Below, piece by piece: positions 16,033 to 28,300 of a DNA stretch of 32,000 bases. Within the stretch, counting starts at the first letter, position 1. Each line of letters opens with the position of its first letter. The notes beneath the pieces were generated by a model. That model ran no database searches. It saw only the letters and a list, made by a program, of their open reading frames with translations, and was not told where the DNA came from. Made by a program: the position numbers and the translations under genes. This stretch comes from Caedibacter taeniospiralis (GTDB lineage Bacteria > Pseudomonadota > Gammaproteobacteria > Francisellales > Francisellaceae), in NCBI RefSeq assembly GCF_002803295.2, contig NZ_PGGB02000007.1, positions 1 to 32,000 of the forward strand, given 5' to 3'.

Positions 16033-19000
16033 ATGAGTAGAAAGATGTTACAAATTTTTGGCAATAACGCACTATCTTCGTTTGATCAACAAAGAATATT
16101 ATCTAAATTGCAAGGCATCATCCCTGGTATTGAACAGGTTCAGGCGGAATATATTCACTTTATTGAGTCTAAAGAGACACTCACAGAAGATGCCATGGGC
16201 AAACTCAAGGCACTTTTAACTTACGGTGACAAGGGTGTACTGACCGAGAAAACAGGACAGGCAATTATTGTCACACCGCGCTTAGGAACGATTTCACCCT
16301 GGTCATCGAAAGCTACCGATATCGCGCATAACTGTGGACTTAAAGAGATTATACGTATCGAGCGTGGCATCGTTTATTACCTCCAAAGCAAACACTCTTT
16401 GGAGCAGAATACTTTAACGCAACTTACGGCAACGTTGCACGATCGCATGATGCAAAGCGTTACCTTTTCTCTGGCTGAAACCAATCCCTTCACAAACACA
16501 CATGCAGAAGGAAAACTACGCATTGTTCCCTTGTTAGCCCAAGGGCGCATAGCCTTAGAGAAAATCAATGATGAGCTTGGTCTTGCTTTATCCAACGATG
16601 AAATTGATTATTTGCAGACTGGATTTCTTGAGCTTAATCGCGATCCCACCGATGTTGAACTGATGATGTTTGCACAAGCTAATTCTGAACATTGTCGCCA
16701 TAAAATCTTTAGAGCCGATTGGATTATCGATGCTCAAGCACAGACACACGGATTGTTTGCAATGATTAAAAATACCTATGAACACCATAAAGAAAATATC
16801 CTGTCCGCCTATCATGACAATGCTGCGGTTATTGCAGGTTATGCCGCTGAGCGTTTGCAGCGCCATAAAGATGGACTCTATCACTTTAAGCGTGAGCCTA
16901 TTCATATTCAAATCAAAGTGGAAACACATAATCACCCCACGGCGATTGCACCATACCCAGGGGCAGCAACGGGAGCAGGAGGCGAGATCCGTGATGAGGG
17001 CGCTACTGGACTTGGCGCTAAGCCAAAGGCTGGACTCACAGGCTACACCGTATCAAACTTAAACATTCCTGATGATATACAAGCCTGGGAACTCCCTTAT
17101 GGCAAACCTGATCGCATTCGTTCAGCGCTTGATATTATGATTGAAGCACCTTTGGGAGGAGCTGCTTTCAACAACGAATTTGGGCGCCCCAATTTGTGCG
17201 GCTATTTCCGCACGTTTGAGCGATACTATAACGGCGAAGTTTGGGGCTACCATAAACCTATTATGATTGCTGGAGGTTATGGCAATATCAAAGAAGAACA
17301 TATTGAAAAACGTAAAATTCCCGCGGGTGCCAAAATTATTGTCCTGGGCGGACCAGGCATGTTAATTGGCTTAGGTGGCGGAGCTGCTTCTTCCGTGAAT
17401 GCAGGGGACTTACACGAAACACTTGATTTTGCCTCAGTTCAACGCGATAACGCTGAGATCGAGCGTCGCGCACAAGAAGTCATCGATAGTTGCTGGTCAA
17501 TGGGACTGGATAACCCGATCATCAGCATTCACGATGTGGGTGCTGGTGGTTTATCCAATGCGCTACCCGAGCTTGTTGTTGATTGTGAGCGCGGTGCCAT
17601 TTTTGATCTTAACAAAATTGGAGTTGCCGAAAAAGGCTTATCCCCTTTAGAAATATGGTGTAATGAATCTCAAGAGCGTTATGTTCTCGCTATTTCAGCG
17701 GATGATTTGGCTACGTTTGACCAGATTGCTCGGCGTGAGCGTTGCCCATACAGCATCGTTGGTGAAGCAACCACAGAACAGATGCTTATTCTTAAAGATT
17801 CAAACTCCACCGTTGATCTAATCCATATGCCTTTATCTTTGTTACTGGGCAAGGCGCCTAAAACAGTAAAAAATGTCACAACAACCGCCCATGCTTATAG
17901 CAATTGGGACTACAGTAAAATCAATTTGACTGATGCAGCAAAACGCATCTTGCGTTTACCTGCTGTTGGCAGTAAGAAGTTTTTAATTACCATAGGCGAT
18001 CGCAGCGTTGGTGGGATGACCCAACGCGATCAGATGGTGGGACCATGGCAAATTCCTGTGGCTGATGTTGCCGTAACAGCATCAAGCTTTACCGACTATC
18101 ACGGCGAAGCCATGGCAATGGGCGAGCGCCCAATTTTGGCGATGATGAACCCTCAAGCCGCTGCAAGAATCACTATAGGTGAAGCGATTACCAATATTGC
18201 CGCGGCCTATATCTACCATTTATCTGATGTTAAGCTTTCAGCCAACTGGATGGCAGCCTCTTCACATCCAGGCGAGGATGCAAGACTTTATGAAATGGTT
18301 AAAACGGCTGGGTTGGAATTTTGTCCAGCACTGGATCTCACCATCCCTGTTGGTAAAGATTCCTTATCGATGAAAACCACATGGCGTGACGAAGACGGCG
18401 AAAAGGCGGTTACCTCTCCTGTCTCTTTAATTGTCACGGCCTTCGCCCCTGTGCAGGATATTCGTCGTACACTGACCCCACAATTGCGTCTGGCATTTGA
18501 AACTGATCTTATTTTCATTGATCTTGGTTTAGGCAAAAACCGTTTAGGTGGCTCTTCATTTGCTCAAGTTTATAACGAGTTTGGCAATGAAACACCAGAT
18601 ATTGAACCCGTACTATTGCAGAGCTTCTTTGCCGCCATTCACAAACTGGTTAAAGAAGATAAAATTTTAGCCTATCACGATCGCTCCGATGGTGGTCTAT
18701 TTACCACCCTGTGTGAAATGATGTTTGCGGCAAAATGCGGACTTGACGTCGATATCGATGCCTTGGGTGACGATCCTCATGCTGTGCTTTTTAACGAAGA
18801 GCTGGGGGCTGTGATTCAAGTAAGAAATACCGATTGCGACATCGTGATGCAGATGCTTGCAAGCTTTCAACTCAAAGCACATCACATTGGTAGACCCAAT
18901 GCTTCAACAGCCGATGCCAAATTGATCATCAGCCAGGATATTGATGAGCTATTTTCCATGACGCGCGCCGAACTGCAGACACTTTGGTCACAAACCTCCT

Positions 19001-19932
19001 ATCAAATCCAGAGAATGCGTGATAATGCGAGGTGTGCCGATGAGGAACATGAGCTGATCAATCGGCTTAATGATCACGGTTTATTTGCCCAGGTTGCATA
19101 TGACTGCAAAGAAAATATTGCAGCAGCTTACCTTAATTTTGGTATTAAACCCAAAGTTGCTATTTTGCGCGAACAAGGGGTCAACAGCAATAACGAAATG
19201 GCAGCTGCGTTTACCCTAAGCGGTTTTGATGCCATTGATGTACATATGACTGATTTACAAAACAATCGTATTAACCTGAACGATTTCAAGGGCCTTGCTG
19301 CCTGTGGCGGATTTTCTTATGGTGACGTACTTGGTGCGGGAGGCGGCTGGGCAAAATCGATTTTATTTAATCCTAAGCTTTTAGATCAATTTGCTGCATT
19401 TTTTGCTCGTCCTGATACCTTCAGTGTTGGTATGTGTAATGGCTGTCAGATGTTATCGCAATTAAAAGACATTATTCCAGGGGCAACACACTGGCCTCGC
19501 TTTGTCAGAAACCTCTCTGAGCAATTTGAAGGACGCTTATCAATGGTCGAAGTGCTTAAAAGCCCTTCAATTGTCTTTGCAGGCATGGATGGCTTAAAAA
19601 TGCCCATCGTTGTTTCACATGCTGAGGGGCGAACGCAGTATCGCGATGCCAATGACTTAAACACTTTAATTGCCAATAAGCAAACCGTGATGCGTTTTAT
19701 CGACAGCCACAGCAATCCCACCGAGTATTATCCACTTAATCCTAATGGCTCTAAAGACGGTTTCACGAGTTTCACCTCTACTGACGGGCGCGCCACAATC
19801 ATGATGCCACATCCTGAACGTGTCTTTAGATTAGTACAAATGTCATGGTATCCTGCGGACTGGAAAAATAAAGATATCGAATACTCACCATGGATGCGTT
19901 TATTTATGAATGCACGCAAGTGGGTTGGGTAA
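16033..19932 (+). CDS. purL: Phosphoribosylformylglycinamidine synthase, large single-chain form (PurL)
   Basis: About 1295 aa with FGAM synthase N-terminal, AIR-synthase-like and C-terminal glutaminase (GMCNGCQM) regions. An alternative start at ATG 16045 ([13 protein letters not shown]) resembles the enterobacterial N-terminus. Confidence 0.95.
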   Translation: MSRKMLQIFGNNALSSFDQQRILSKLQGIIPGIEQVQAEYIHFIESKETLTEDAMGKLKALLTYGDKGVLTEKTGQAIIVTPRLGTISPWSSKATDIAHNCGLKEIIRIERGIVYYLQSKHSLEQNTLTQLTATLHDRMMQSVTFSLAETNPFTNTHAEGKLRIVPLLAQGRIALEKINDELGLALSNDEIDYLQTGFLELNRDPTDVELMMFAQANSEHCRHKIFRADWIIDAQAQTHGLFAMIKNTYEHHKENILSAYHDNAAVIAGYAAERLQRHKDGLYHFKREPIHIQIKVETHNHPTAIAPYPGAATGAGGEIRDEGATGLGAKPKAGLTGYTVSNLNIPDDIQAWELPYGKPDRIRSALDIMIEAPLGGAAFNNEFGRPNLCGYFRTFERYYNGEVWGYHKPIMIAGGYGNIKEEHIEKRKIPAGAKIIVLGGPGMLIGLGGGAASSVNAGDLHETLDFASVQRDNAEIERRAQEVIDSCWSMGLDNPIISIHDVGAGGLSNALPELVVDCERGAIFDLNKIGVAEKGLSPLEIWCNESQERYVLAISADDLATFDQIARRERCPYSIVGEATTEQMLILKDSNSTVDLIHMPLSLLLGKAPKTVKNVTTTAHAYSNWDYSKINLTDAAKRILRLPAVGSKKFLITIGDRSVGGMTQRDQMVGPWQIPVADVAVTASSFTDYHGEAMAMGERPILAMMNPQAAARITIGEAITNIAAAYIYHLSDVKLSANWMAASSHPGEDARLYEMVKTAGLEFCPALDLTIPVGKDSLSMKTTWRDEDGEKAVTSPVSLIVTAFAPVQDIRRTLTPQLRLAFETDLIFIDLGLGKNRLGGSSFAQVYNEFGNETPDIEPVLLQSFFAAIHKLVKEDKILAYHDRSDGGLFTTLCEMMFAAKCGLDVDIDALGDDPHAVLFNEELGAVIQVRNTDCDIVMQMLASFQLKAHHIGRPNASTADAKLIISQDIDELFSMTRAELQTLWSQTSYQIQRMRDNARCADEEHELINRLNDHGLFAQVAYDCKENIAAAYLNFGIKPKVAILREQGVNSNNEMAAAFTLSGFDAIDVHMTDLQNNRINLNDFKGLAACGGFSYGDVLGAGGGWAKSILFNPKLLDQFAAFFARPDTFSVGMCNGCQMLSQLKDIIPGATHWPRFVRNLSEQFEGRLSMVEVLKSPSIVFAGMDGLKMPIVVSHAEGRTQYRDANDLNTLIANKQTVMRFIDSHSNPTEYYPLNPNGSKDGFTSFTSTDGRATIMMPHPERVFRLVQMSWYPADWKNKDIEYSPWMRLFMNARKWVG

Positions 19933-19972
19933 CAGATATTTAACGCCCCATGTTGCTAATAAGTACTCAATC

Positions 19973-20557
19973 ATGCAAGCTACTATCCGCAGGCAGTTGT
20001 GCCATAAAAGGCAAGCCATTTCTTTAGCACAGAAACAGCAATATGCGAAAGATCTATGCGCACAATTTTCCCGCTGTTATGCTGACCTTTTAAAATCCAA
20101 GGCTAAAAAAATTGCCAGTTACTATGCTTCCAGCGAAGAAATTTCACCCCATTTGATTGACCAGGAGCTCAAAATGCAACATGAAATTTACTACCCTATG
20201 CTGCATCCTTTTAAAAAGCGCAAGCTTTTATTTGTGAGAGAATCTATAAGGCATTGCCATAACAGATATGGCTTAGAAGAGCCTTTGTTTATTGCTGATA
20301 AAACGATATCACCATGGGAGCTTGATATGATCATTGTGCCATTAGTCGGTTTTGATTTGGCAAAAAATCGCATCGGCATGGGGGGTGGTTTTTATGACAG
20401 CTCACTTACGCTTTGTAAAGCTTTCAACAACACGGAGTTTGTTGGTATCGCTTTTGATGAACAGCAATTTGAGCAATCACAGCATCATCCTCTTGCAATG
20501 AATGAATGGGACATTAAAATGGACGCCATTATTACCCCAACACGAATCATTCGCTAA
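19973..20557 (+). CDS. 5-formyltetrahydrofolate cyclo-ligase
   Basis: MQATIRRQL..., with a C-terminal VPLVGFDLAKNRIGMGGGFYD motif typical of the 5-FCL family. The ORF-track start at 19910 overlaps purL and is unlikely to be real. Confidence 0.8.
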   Translation: MQATIRRQLCHKRQAISLAQKQQYAKDLCAQFSRCYADLLKSKAKKIASYYASSEEISPHLIDQELKMQHEIYYPMLHPFKKRKLLFVRESIRHCHNRYGLEEPLFIADKTISPWELDMIIVPLVGFDLAKNRIGMGGGFYDSSLTLCKAFNNTEFVGIAFDEQQFEQSQHHPLAMNEWDIKMDAIITPTRIIR

Positions 20558-20564
20558 ATTGAAT

Positions 20565-20819
20565 ATGACACTCTATGACACAATTATTGAAAGGCTTGAT
20601 AAAAAATTCGCTCCGACCTTTATTGAACTAATAGATGAGACAGATAAACATAAGCAGCACAAACAATTTCAAACTGGGAAATCACACTTTAAATTACACA
20701 TTGCTAGTGTCAGATTTGCAACCCTTAGTACACTCGAAGCACACCAGGAAATCTACGCCTGTTTAGAAGATCTCATGCACAATAGTATTCACGCCCTATC
20801 GATCCATATCCACAAATAA
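20565..20819 (+). CDS. BolA-family protein
   Basis: 84 aa, with ...SHFKLHIASVRFATLSTLEAHQEIYACLEDLMHNSIHALSIH matching the BolA pattern (SHF..I.S..F......H..iY..L......IHAL). Confidence 0.7.
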   Translation: MTLYDTIIERLDKKFAPTFIELIDETDKHKQHKQFQTGKSHFKLHIASVRFATLSTLEAHQEIYACLEDLMHNSIHALSIHIHK

Positions 20820-20975
20820 CCATCATAAAAAGGAGGAAATACGCCCGGGGGAAAGTGCAAAAGCCCTGAACTGCTTAAAAATACTTGCTTTGAGCGTGTG
20901 TTTCAATGTTTCTTGCATCGAACTCACGTTATACTAAGGCGCAAAAGTGTAGGACGATTCCTTAAAAATTCTTCA

Positions 20976-21602
20976 ATGTCGAAAAACAAACACAGTAAAA
21001 GCAGTAAACGCTGGTTAGATGAACATCATAGCGACCATTATGTTGCGAAGGCGAAAAAAGATGGCTTTCGCTCTAGAGCCGCATACAAGCTTCTTGAGCT
21101 CCAGGAGAAAGACAGGCTATTTAATCAGGGTATGACGGTGGTTGATCTTGGAGCTGCGCCTGGTGGCTGGTCACAAGTCTTAACTGAATGTGTAGGCAGC
21201 CAGGGCAAGGTGTTTGCGCTGGATATTCTTGAAATGGATCCCTTGCCTGAAGTTACTTTTATCCAGGGTGATTTCACTGAAGATGAATCCTATCAGGCAT
21301 TGATGCAGCTTACCGCAGGTGAATCGATTGACTGGGTTATTTCGGATATGTCACCTAATATGAGCGGTAATCGCAATACCGATCAGGCAGGCTCCATGTA
21401 TCTGGTGGAGCTTGCTCTTGATTTTGCTGATAGCGTGTTAAAATCTCATGGCAATTTTTTGGCAAAAGTTTTCCAGGGCGAGGGCTTTGATGCTTTTGTT
21501 AAGAAAATACAACAACAATTTCAGAAAGTGGTAATTCGCAAACCTGATGCTTCACGTGCCCGTTCGCGCGAGGTGTATGTTATTGGTTTTAATAAACGTT
21601 AA
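20976..21602 (+). CDS. rlmE: 23S rRNA (uridine2552-2'-O)-methyltransferase RlmE (FtsJ)
   Basis: SSKRWLDEHHSDHYVAKAKKDGFRSRAAYKLLEL, the SAM motif VVDLGAAPGGWSQV, and ...DMSPNMSG...KVFQG. The start is set at ATG 20976 (MSKNKH). Confidence 0.9.
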   Translation: MSKNKHSKSSKRWLDEHHSDHYVAKAKKDGFRSRAAYKLLELQEKDRLFNQGMTVVDLGAAPGGWSQVLTECVGSQGKVFALDILEMDPLPEVTFIQGDFTEDESYQALMQLTAGESIDWVISDMSPNMSGNRNTDQAGSMYLVELALDFADSVLKSHGNFLAKVFQGEGFDAFVKKIQQQFQKVVIRKPDASRARSREVYVIGFNKR

Positions 21603-21612
21603 TGGAACAACT

Positions 21613-22170
21613 ATGGGCTATCGATTATCAAAAATTTACACAAGAACTGGTGATCAGGGAACAACAGCATTATCTAATAACATCCGTATTGAAAAATGCG
21701 CACCCATTATTGAAACCATTGGGCAAATTGATGAGCTTAATGCTGCCATTGGTGTGATCGTCGCTTTTTCTCATGACACTGTCATTAATGAACAGCTTCA
21801 ATACATTCAGCAGCATTTATTTAATATTGGCGGTGAGCTGTCTTTTCCTGAATTTAGTCAATTGAATACTGACTCGATTACAATGCTTGAAAAACAAATA
21901 GATGATTGGAATGAAAGTCTTGCTCCCTTGAAAGAGTTTATCTTACCAGGGGGCTCGCAATGCTCGGCACTGTGCCATCAGGCTCGCACCATAGCGCGCA
22001 AAACCGAAAGAAGCTACGTGGCTTTGATACAAGATAAAACGCAGCCTAATAATCCATTGATTCTAAGTTTCCTTAATCGACTATCAGATTATTTGTTTGT
22101 ATTAGCACGCTTTATTAACCTTAACGATCACCATCCCGAAATACTATGGGCAAGTCATCGAGGTTGTTAA
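21613..22170 (+). CDS. PduO-type ATP:cob(I)alamin adenosyltransferase
   Basis: N-terminal IYTRTGDQGTT motif and the overall helical-bundle family pattern; 185 aa from ATG 21613. Confidence 0.85.
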   Translation: MGYRLSKIYTRTGDQGTTALSNNIRIEKCAPIIETIGQIDELNAAIGVIVAFSHDTVINEQLQYIQQHLFNIGGELSFPEFSQLNTDSITMLEKQIDDWNESLAPLKEFILPGGSQCSALCHQARTIARKTERSYVALIQDKTQPNNPLILSFLNRLSDYLFVLARFINLNDHHPEILWASHRGC

Positions 22171-22250
22171 AATAAACAATCAGAACTCAGGAGAGCTTAG
22201 TTTCTAAAAAATTTGGCACACTAACGATCCAAAGTGCCATTAAACTTGAA

Positions 22251-23144
22251 ATGAACAAAAACTGGAGCAAACACGTGGAACTTCATATGCAAAATCTCAA
22301 TCAATACCTTCAGTGGATTATTTCTTTAATCTTGGAGCATTTACCTAATGTGGTACTGGCAATCATTATTTTTATTGCGGGCTTCATCATCGCCAAAATC
22401 GTTAAGAATAGCACCCAAAAGCTGCTGCTTAAAACCAAGTTAGACAAAGCCGTAACTATGTTTTTGATGCAGATTCTGCATATTTTTTTGATTATCTTTG
22501 TTATCTTAATTGCTATTAGTGAGCTAGGCATATCAACAACTCCGCTAACCGCGGCAATTACTGCTTTAATCGTTGGGATTGGCATGTCGTTAAGAAACTC
22601 AGCCAATATCGTTGTATCTGGCATTATGCTTGTTTCCACACGCCCATTCAAAATTGGCGAGTTTGTTGATCTTGGGGGTGTCACTGGTACTGTGGAAAGT
22701 ATCAGCTTTGTATTTTGTACTTTGCGCACTACCGATGGACTGGAAGTTAAAGTTCCTAATAGCTTGGTGACTGCACGCATTATCACTAATTTCTCCAACA
22801 ATGAATTCAGACGGAACGATTTTACTGTTGGTATTAGCTATGATAGTGACTTGAAAATGGCAAAAGCGCTATTGCAATCACTTCTCGAACGCCATGATAA
22901 AATCATCAAAGACGACAGCAAAGCCCCCATTGTTCGTGTTGATGTGCTTGCCGATAGCAGTGTGAATTTACTTGTGCGCTATTGGACTAAACGCGCTGAC
23001 TTCTTTGAAACCAAATGGGCGCTAACAGAACAAGTCAAACTCTGTTTTGATGAAAACAATATCGAAATCCCTTTCCCACAAAGAACACTGGATATTAAAG
23101 CCAATCAAGCCGAAGGCATAAGCTATAGCGTTGATAAGAAATAA
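22251..23144 (+). CDS. Small-conductance mechanosensitive channel (MscS family)
   Basis: Three N-terminal TM helices followed by the MscS beta-domain (RPFKIGEFVDLGGVTGTVESISFVFCTLRTTDGLEVKVPNS). Confidence 0.85.
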   Translation: MNKNWSKHVELHMQNLNQYLQWIISLILEHLPNVVLAIIIFIAGFIIAKIVKNSTQKLLLKTKLDKAVTMFLMQILHIFLIIFVILIAISELGISTTPLTAAITALIVGIGMSLRNSANIVVSGIMLVSTRPFKIGEFVDLGGVTGTVESISFVFCTLRTTDGLEVKVPNSLVTARIITNFSNNEFRRNDFTVGISYDSDLKMAKALLQSLLERHDKIIKDDSKAPIVRVDVLADSSVNLLVRYWTKRADFFETKWALTEQVKLCFDENNIEIPFPQRTLDIKANQAEGISYSVDKK

Positions 23145-23818
23145 TTTGCCAATACTAAATCTATGGGCATTGTGATTTTTATATTTCTCTTATCACCATT
23201 GACAATAAGTGGCTGATGATCCAACGCCTCAATGGCTGAAGCTTCGTCGGTTACCATGATGTTGTTATGTAGACAGAAATAATATCCCATAAGCAAGGTG
23301 CGATAGCGAAAAGCCTGTGGAGTTTGCGCAAGGTAAATACACCTGCGATCCAGGGTTTTGACAATATTCTGTTGTTCATCAACTAATTTTACCGTATCAG
23401 ATACCGCAGTTGCCAATATCCCACCTATGGTGTTCTCTATACGGATTGCTGCATACAGTCTTCTCACATCGTCTAAATTCACGCAGGGTCTTACAGCATC
23501 GTGGACAAATATCCAGTCATCATCTTCAGCCACATTTTTTAACGACATCAGTGCATTACGCACGCTATCACCGCGTTCCTTGCCTCCTGCGCATATCCTA
23601 ACGCGTGCATTACTAATGTGAATGGAGTTTTTCCAATGACGATCTCTTGAATTAAGCACAACCACCACTAAATCAAAAAAAGGCTCATTTAATAAACGAA
23701 AAATTGCCGTGTCCAGAATGGATAAGCCATTATCCAGCTTAATGTACTGCTTAGGCAACTCTTGCTGCATTCTACTTCCAATACCACTTGCTGGAATAAT
23801 CAGGATTCGCCTCATCAA
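23123..23818 (-). CDS. ispD: 2-C-methyl-D-erythritol 4-phosphate cytidylyltransferase
   Basis: IIPASGIGSRM...PKQY N-terminal motif, GGKERGDSV, VHDAVRP and AQTPQAF. Sits in the conserved eno-ftsB-ispD arrangement. Confidence 0.9.
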   Translation of the reverse strand: MMRRILIIPASGIGSRMQQELPKQYIKLDNGLSILDTAIFRLLNEPFFDLVVVVLNSRDRHWKNSIHISNARVRICAGGKERGDSVRNALMSLKNVAEDDDWIFVHDAVRPCVNLDDVRRLYAAIRIENTIGGILATAVSDTVKLVDEQQNIVKTLDRRCIYLAQTPQAFRYRTLLMGYYFCLHNNIMVTDEASAIEALDHQPLIVNGDKRNIKITMPIDLVLANYFLSTL

Positions 23819-24131
23819 TTATCTTCCTGTAGTGAAACTTTTTTATTTTGAACCATTACAATTTGATAAAAAACTTCACCTTCCTTGATAAACCCCAGGT
23901 TTTCTCGTGCCATACCTTCCAAAACTGAATTATTCTGGCGCAAAGAAAGAATTTCAGCATACCAGTGCTTATTGCGCACTTCTAAGACGCCATTGTCCGC
24001 CTGCTTGATATTAACAGCTTCTGTTAGGGACCGCGTTGCAAAAAAACCCGTTTTACTCCACCAAAAGTCATACTGTAAGGTTGCTATACCAATAAGCAGA
24101 ATTGCAATAAACAGAGTATAACGCGAAATCA

Positions 24132-24132
<1 letters not shown>
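23815..24132 (-). CDS. ftsB: Cell division protein FtsB
   Basis: 105 aa with an N-terminal TM helix and a coiled-coil (septum formation initiator family). Lies between eno and ispD, with a 1-nt overlap with the eno stop and a 4-nt overlap with the ispD start. Confidence 0.85.
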
Positions 24133-25682
<1,550 letters not shown>

Positions 25683-25772
25683 TTACCCTAAATGCCTAGC
25701 AGATTAAGCGTTAGATTGTGTTGTCAGGTGAAAAGACAACAACATGTAAAACAACCCTACCTTTTCCCATCG

Positions 25773-26405
25773 CTAGTTTTCCTCTATCCCATCATTAAGT
25801 TCAATAAATGGTAATTCATACCACGCATCCAGTTTTTGCTTAAATTTCTCTAAGCCTGTACCTGTTTGCGCTGAAAACAATTGAAAACTGATATTATCCC
25901 GTACCCTTAGCTGTTTTAGATAATCACGCATCAAGCGTTCAGCTTTAGCCTTCTCAGCATTCTTAAGCTTGTCGGCTTTCGTTAATAGAACATGTAGATT
26001 CAGGTCACGCCCAACAGCAGCTTCGATCATCATACAATCGAAGTCTTTAATGGGATGGCGTGAATCAACCAGTAATACAATTCCCTTTAAGCATTGCCTT
26101 GTGGTGAGGTACATCTCAAGTGTTTTTTGCCAACTGGCTTTGATTTTTTCTGATACTTTGGCATATCCATAACCTGGCAAGTCGACCAGGCGTTTGTGCT
26201 CTTCCAAAGTAAACAGGTTAATCAACTGCGTTCTACCTGGGGTTTTACTGACTCGTGCCAGTTTCTTTTGTTCAGTCAGCGCGTTTAATGCACTTGATTT
26301 CCCTGCATTTGATCGCCCTGCAAATGCTACCTCAATCCCATAATCATCAGGCAACTGCTCCACTAAAGATGCGCCCATTAAATATTTTGCATTACGATAA
26401 TTCAT
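25773..26405 (-). CDS. engB: Ribosome biogenesis GTPase EngB (YihA/YsxC)
   Basis: G1 motif [15 protein letters not shown]3 motif DLPGYGYA and G4 motif TKADK. ATG at 26405 (the track begins at TTG 26417). Confidence 0.9.
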   Translation of the reverse strand: MNYRNAKYLMGASLVEQLPDDYGIEVAFAGRSNAGKSSALNALTEQKKLARVSKTPGRTQLINLFTLEEHKRLVDLPGYGYAKVSEKIKASWQKTLEMYLTTRQCLKGIVLLVDSRHPIKDFDCMMIEAAVGRDLNLHVLLTKADKLKNAEKAKAERLMRDYLKQLRVRDNISFQLFSAQTGTGLEKFKQKLDAWYELPFIELNDGIEEN

Positions 26406-26413
26406 TATTGCTC

Positions 26414-26923
26414 TCAATTATTTGACTTATTTAAATTTGCTTTTAACTGATCCAGTAGATGTCTGCATGCTGTATCGATCATTAGATACACTTGATCAAA
26501 GCCATCGTTATAGTAAGGGTCAGGCACATCATCAATAGATAACTCAGGAGCGTAATCCAAAAGCTTGACAATTTTCACCATGCCAGACTTTGGAGCTATA
26601 GACAGCATGTCACGGATATTTTTATCATCCATTGCAATCAAATAATCATAGTGCTCAAAATCTGATGTAACCAGCTGTCTTGAGCGTAAATCACCAATAT
26701 CGCAATCAAATTTCAAGGCAGTTGCAATCGTTCTTGGATCAGCTGCATCCCCTTTATGCCATCCATCTGAGTGCGTTCCTGCAGACTCTATTTCAAAATA
26801 ATCCGCTAAATCTGCCTCTTCTACTAACTGGCGAAAAATCCCATGTGCCGTTGGCGAGCGGCAAATATTTCCCATACAGACAAACATTACTCTAATTTTT
26901 TTCATTTTTTTCACTCTTTTCAT
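26414..26923 (-). CDS. Low-molecular-weight protein-tyrosine phosphatase
   Basis: P-loop [10 protein letters not shown] near the N-terminus and the D-loop DVPDPYY. An alternative start lies at ATG 26905 ([10 protein letters not shown]). Confidence 0.85.
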   Translation of the reverse strand: MKRVKKMKKIRVMFVCMGNICRSPTAHGIFRQLVEEADLADYFEIESAGTHSDGWHKGDAADPRTIATALKFDCDIGDLRSRQLVTSDFEHYDYLIAMDDKNIRDMLSIAPKSGMVKIVKLLDYAPELSIDDVPDPYYNDGFDQVYLMIDTACRHLLDQLKANLNKSNN

Positions 26924-27013
26924 TCTGACTCTAAAAAAATATCGCCTACAAATTGCAGCATTTTTTGCTGTGCATCAGTGTATTACATTTTTATAGAGGA
27001 TTGACAATACTAT

Positions 27014-27487
27014 TTATTTACGCCATAACCTTGCATCGACTAAAAAGGGAAGCTGTTCAACGCTCTTCACAACCTGACTAAATTTCTCATGTTCAGGATT
27101 TAGTAAGTAATTCCATTCCCTGGGGACAACCGCACTTGGCACTGCAAGCACCATGCTTTGACAGGATCTAAGCCAGTCATCACCCAAAGCAGCGGTTTCA
27201 GGTGGAGCAGGCTGATCTTGCCAGCATTTGGGTAGATGTTCTCGATCAACATACTGAATTTCTGATTGTGGCAATTTAACTTGCAATAGTGTGTAATTTT
27301 GCAGTAAGGAATAATCTTCTAGATGGACGAAAATTTCTAAAATAGCAAGTGATTCAGAGCTTGCTACATATACACATGGCATGCCTTTACTATTCCATCT
27401 GCCTCCATATAGTTTTGCACCATCGCCAGTAAAAGCATTACTCAGCCATTTGGTTTTAACTAACCTATACGCATAAACAGTACTCAC
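27014..27487 (-). CDS. RES-domain toxin (NAD+-targeting family)
   Basis: The Arg-Glu-Ser triad is in the expected contexts (YGGRWN, SSESLAILE, VPSAVVP). Has a 4-nt ATGA overlap with the upstream Xre-type gene. Confidence 0.85.
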   Translation of the reverse strand: MSTVYAYRLVKTKWLSNAFTGDGAKLYGGRWNSKGMPCVYVASSESLAILEIFVHLEDYSLLQNYTLLQVKLPQSEIQYVDREHLPKCWQDQPAPPETAALGDDWLRSCQSMVLAVPSAVVPREWNYLLNPEHEKFSQVVKSVEQLPFLVDARLWRK

Positions 27488-27912
27488 GCAAAAACACCAT
27501 GCTCAAGGCGCCCAATTAAATCTAAAACAGCTTCGGTTTCCGCTGATGTCCTTAACATCTCCACAGGGCGTTTTCCGCCTAAGCCAGCAACAGAGGTTTG
27601 CAGCCAACTTTTTGCTTTTTCATTATGACCTTCAAATAAGTCCAGCGTCGCTTTGTATACTTCAGCGTAGCGATATAACCTATCACTTTCTGCTTCTGTG
27701 AAGAACCCAGATTTAAATCTTCTATTAAGAGATGCTGATGGAATGGTGGTGATTTCTGCCAGTTGTTTCTTCTCAAGACCAGAAATGACCGCAAGCTTGC
27801 TAAAAACATCGCAGCTAAAGCCATTGTGTATCGCTTGATATAAATCCTGACCACGGGAAGGCATGCCGACAAATGCCCAAAAATCGCCTTGCTTTACTGA
27901 TGTTGCTATCAT
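27484..27912 (-). CDS. Xre-family/DUF2384-type antitoxin of the RES toxin
   Basis: The C-terminal region (AKSWLQTSVAGLGGKRPVEMLRTSAETEAVLDLIGRLEHGVF) is typical of the DUF2384 antitoxin domain. The ATG at 27912 is preceded by ggag; upstream codons in the track ORF overlap the MNT gene and the promoter. Confidence 0.8.
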   Translation of the reverse strand: MIATSVKQGDFWAFVGMPSRGQDLYQAIHNGFSCDVFSKLAVISGLEKKQLAEITTIPSASLNRRFKSGFFTEAESDRLYRYAEVYKATLDLFEGHNEKAKSWLQTSVAGLGGKRPVEMLRTSAETEAVLDLIGRLEHGVFA

Positions 27913-27925
27913 TATAAACTCCACA

Positions 27926-27972
27926 ATCATATGATATATCAAAATAATATCATATGATTTTATAAATACCAA
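27926..27972 (-). promoter_or_regulatory. Putative sigma70 promoter (TTGGTA-N17-TATTAT on the - strand) overlapped by a perfect 12-bp inverted repeat; candidate Xre operator
   Basis: The arms atcatatgatat (27926-27937) and atatcatatgat (27947-27958) are exact reverse complements. The -35 complement is at 27967-27972 and the -10 complement at 27944-27949, lying between and over the arms. Confidence 0.5.
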
Positions 27973-27973
27973 C

Positions 27974-28300
27974 TTAGCACTTGCTTTGATTCCAATAAAA
28001 AAGCTGACCACACTGATCAATATGCTCTAAAAGCGCCAGATTACTAATCGTATGATAGTTACATAAATCGATTAAATAAGGGGTGTTTAACGAATCCAAT
28101 TCTTGAGAGACTCTATCCAGTATTTCTTGATTGATATTTTGTCCTTTTAACACCAGATCAATATCTGATCCTGCTCTTTCTTTATTCATTGCACGTGATC
28201 CGTAGATAATTACTTGCTCTACTTCAGGAAACTGGGTAAAGACATTAGCAAAAATATTTATCAGGCTCTGCGCCAGACCAAACTTTACTGGTTCTGTCAT
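27974..28300 (-). CDS. Minimal nucleotidyltransferase (MNT) component of a HEPN-MNT toxin-antitoxin pair
   Basis: GSRAMNKERAGSDIDL, the GS-x(9,10)-D-x-D polymerase-beta-type NTase motif; 108 aa. Has a 4-nt ATGA overlap with the HEPN gene. Confidence 0.85.
   Translation of the reverse strand: MTEPVKFGLAQSLINIFANVFTQFPEVEQVIIYGSRAMNKERAGSDIDLVLKGQNINQEILDRVSQELDSLNTPYLIDLCNYHTISNLALLEHIDQCGQLFYWNQSKC

Noticed and set aside
19933-19972. Expected 6S RNA gene (ssrS) upstream of the 5-formyl-THF cyclo-ligase gene, as in E. coli and other gammaproteobacteria
   Set aside because: Only about 40 nt separate the purL stop from the cyclo-ligase start. A ~180-nt 6S RNA cannot fit, so ssrS must be elsewhere if it is present.
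27913-28020. A 36-codon N-terminal extension of the Xre antitoxin ORF in the six-frame track
   Set aside because: The extension overlaps the MNT gene's 3' end and the predicted promoter and operator, and reads as AT-rich hydrophobic noise. The ATG at 27912 has a GGAG RBS and gives a normal-length antitoxin.
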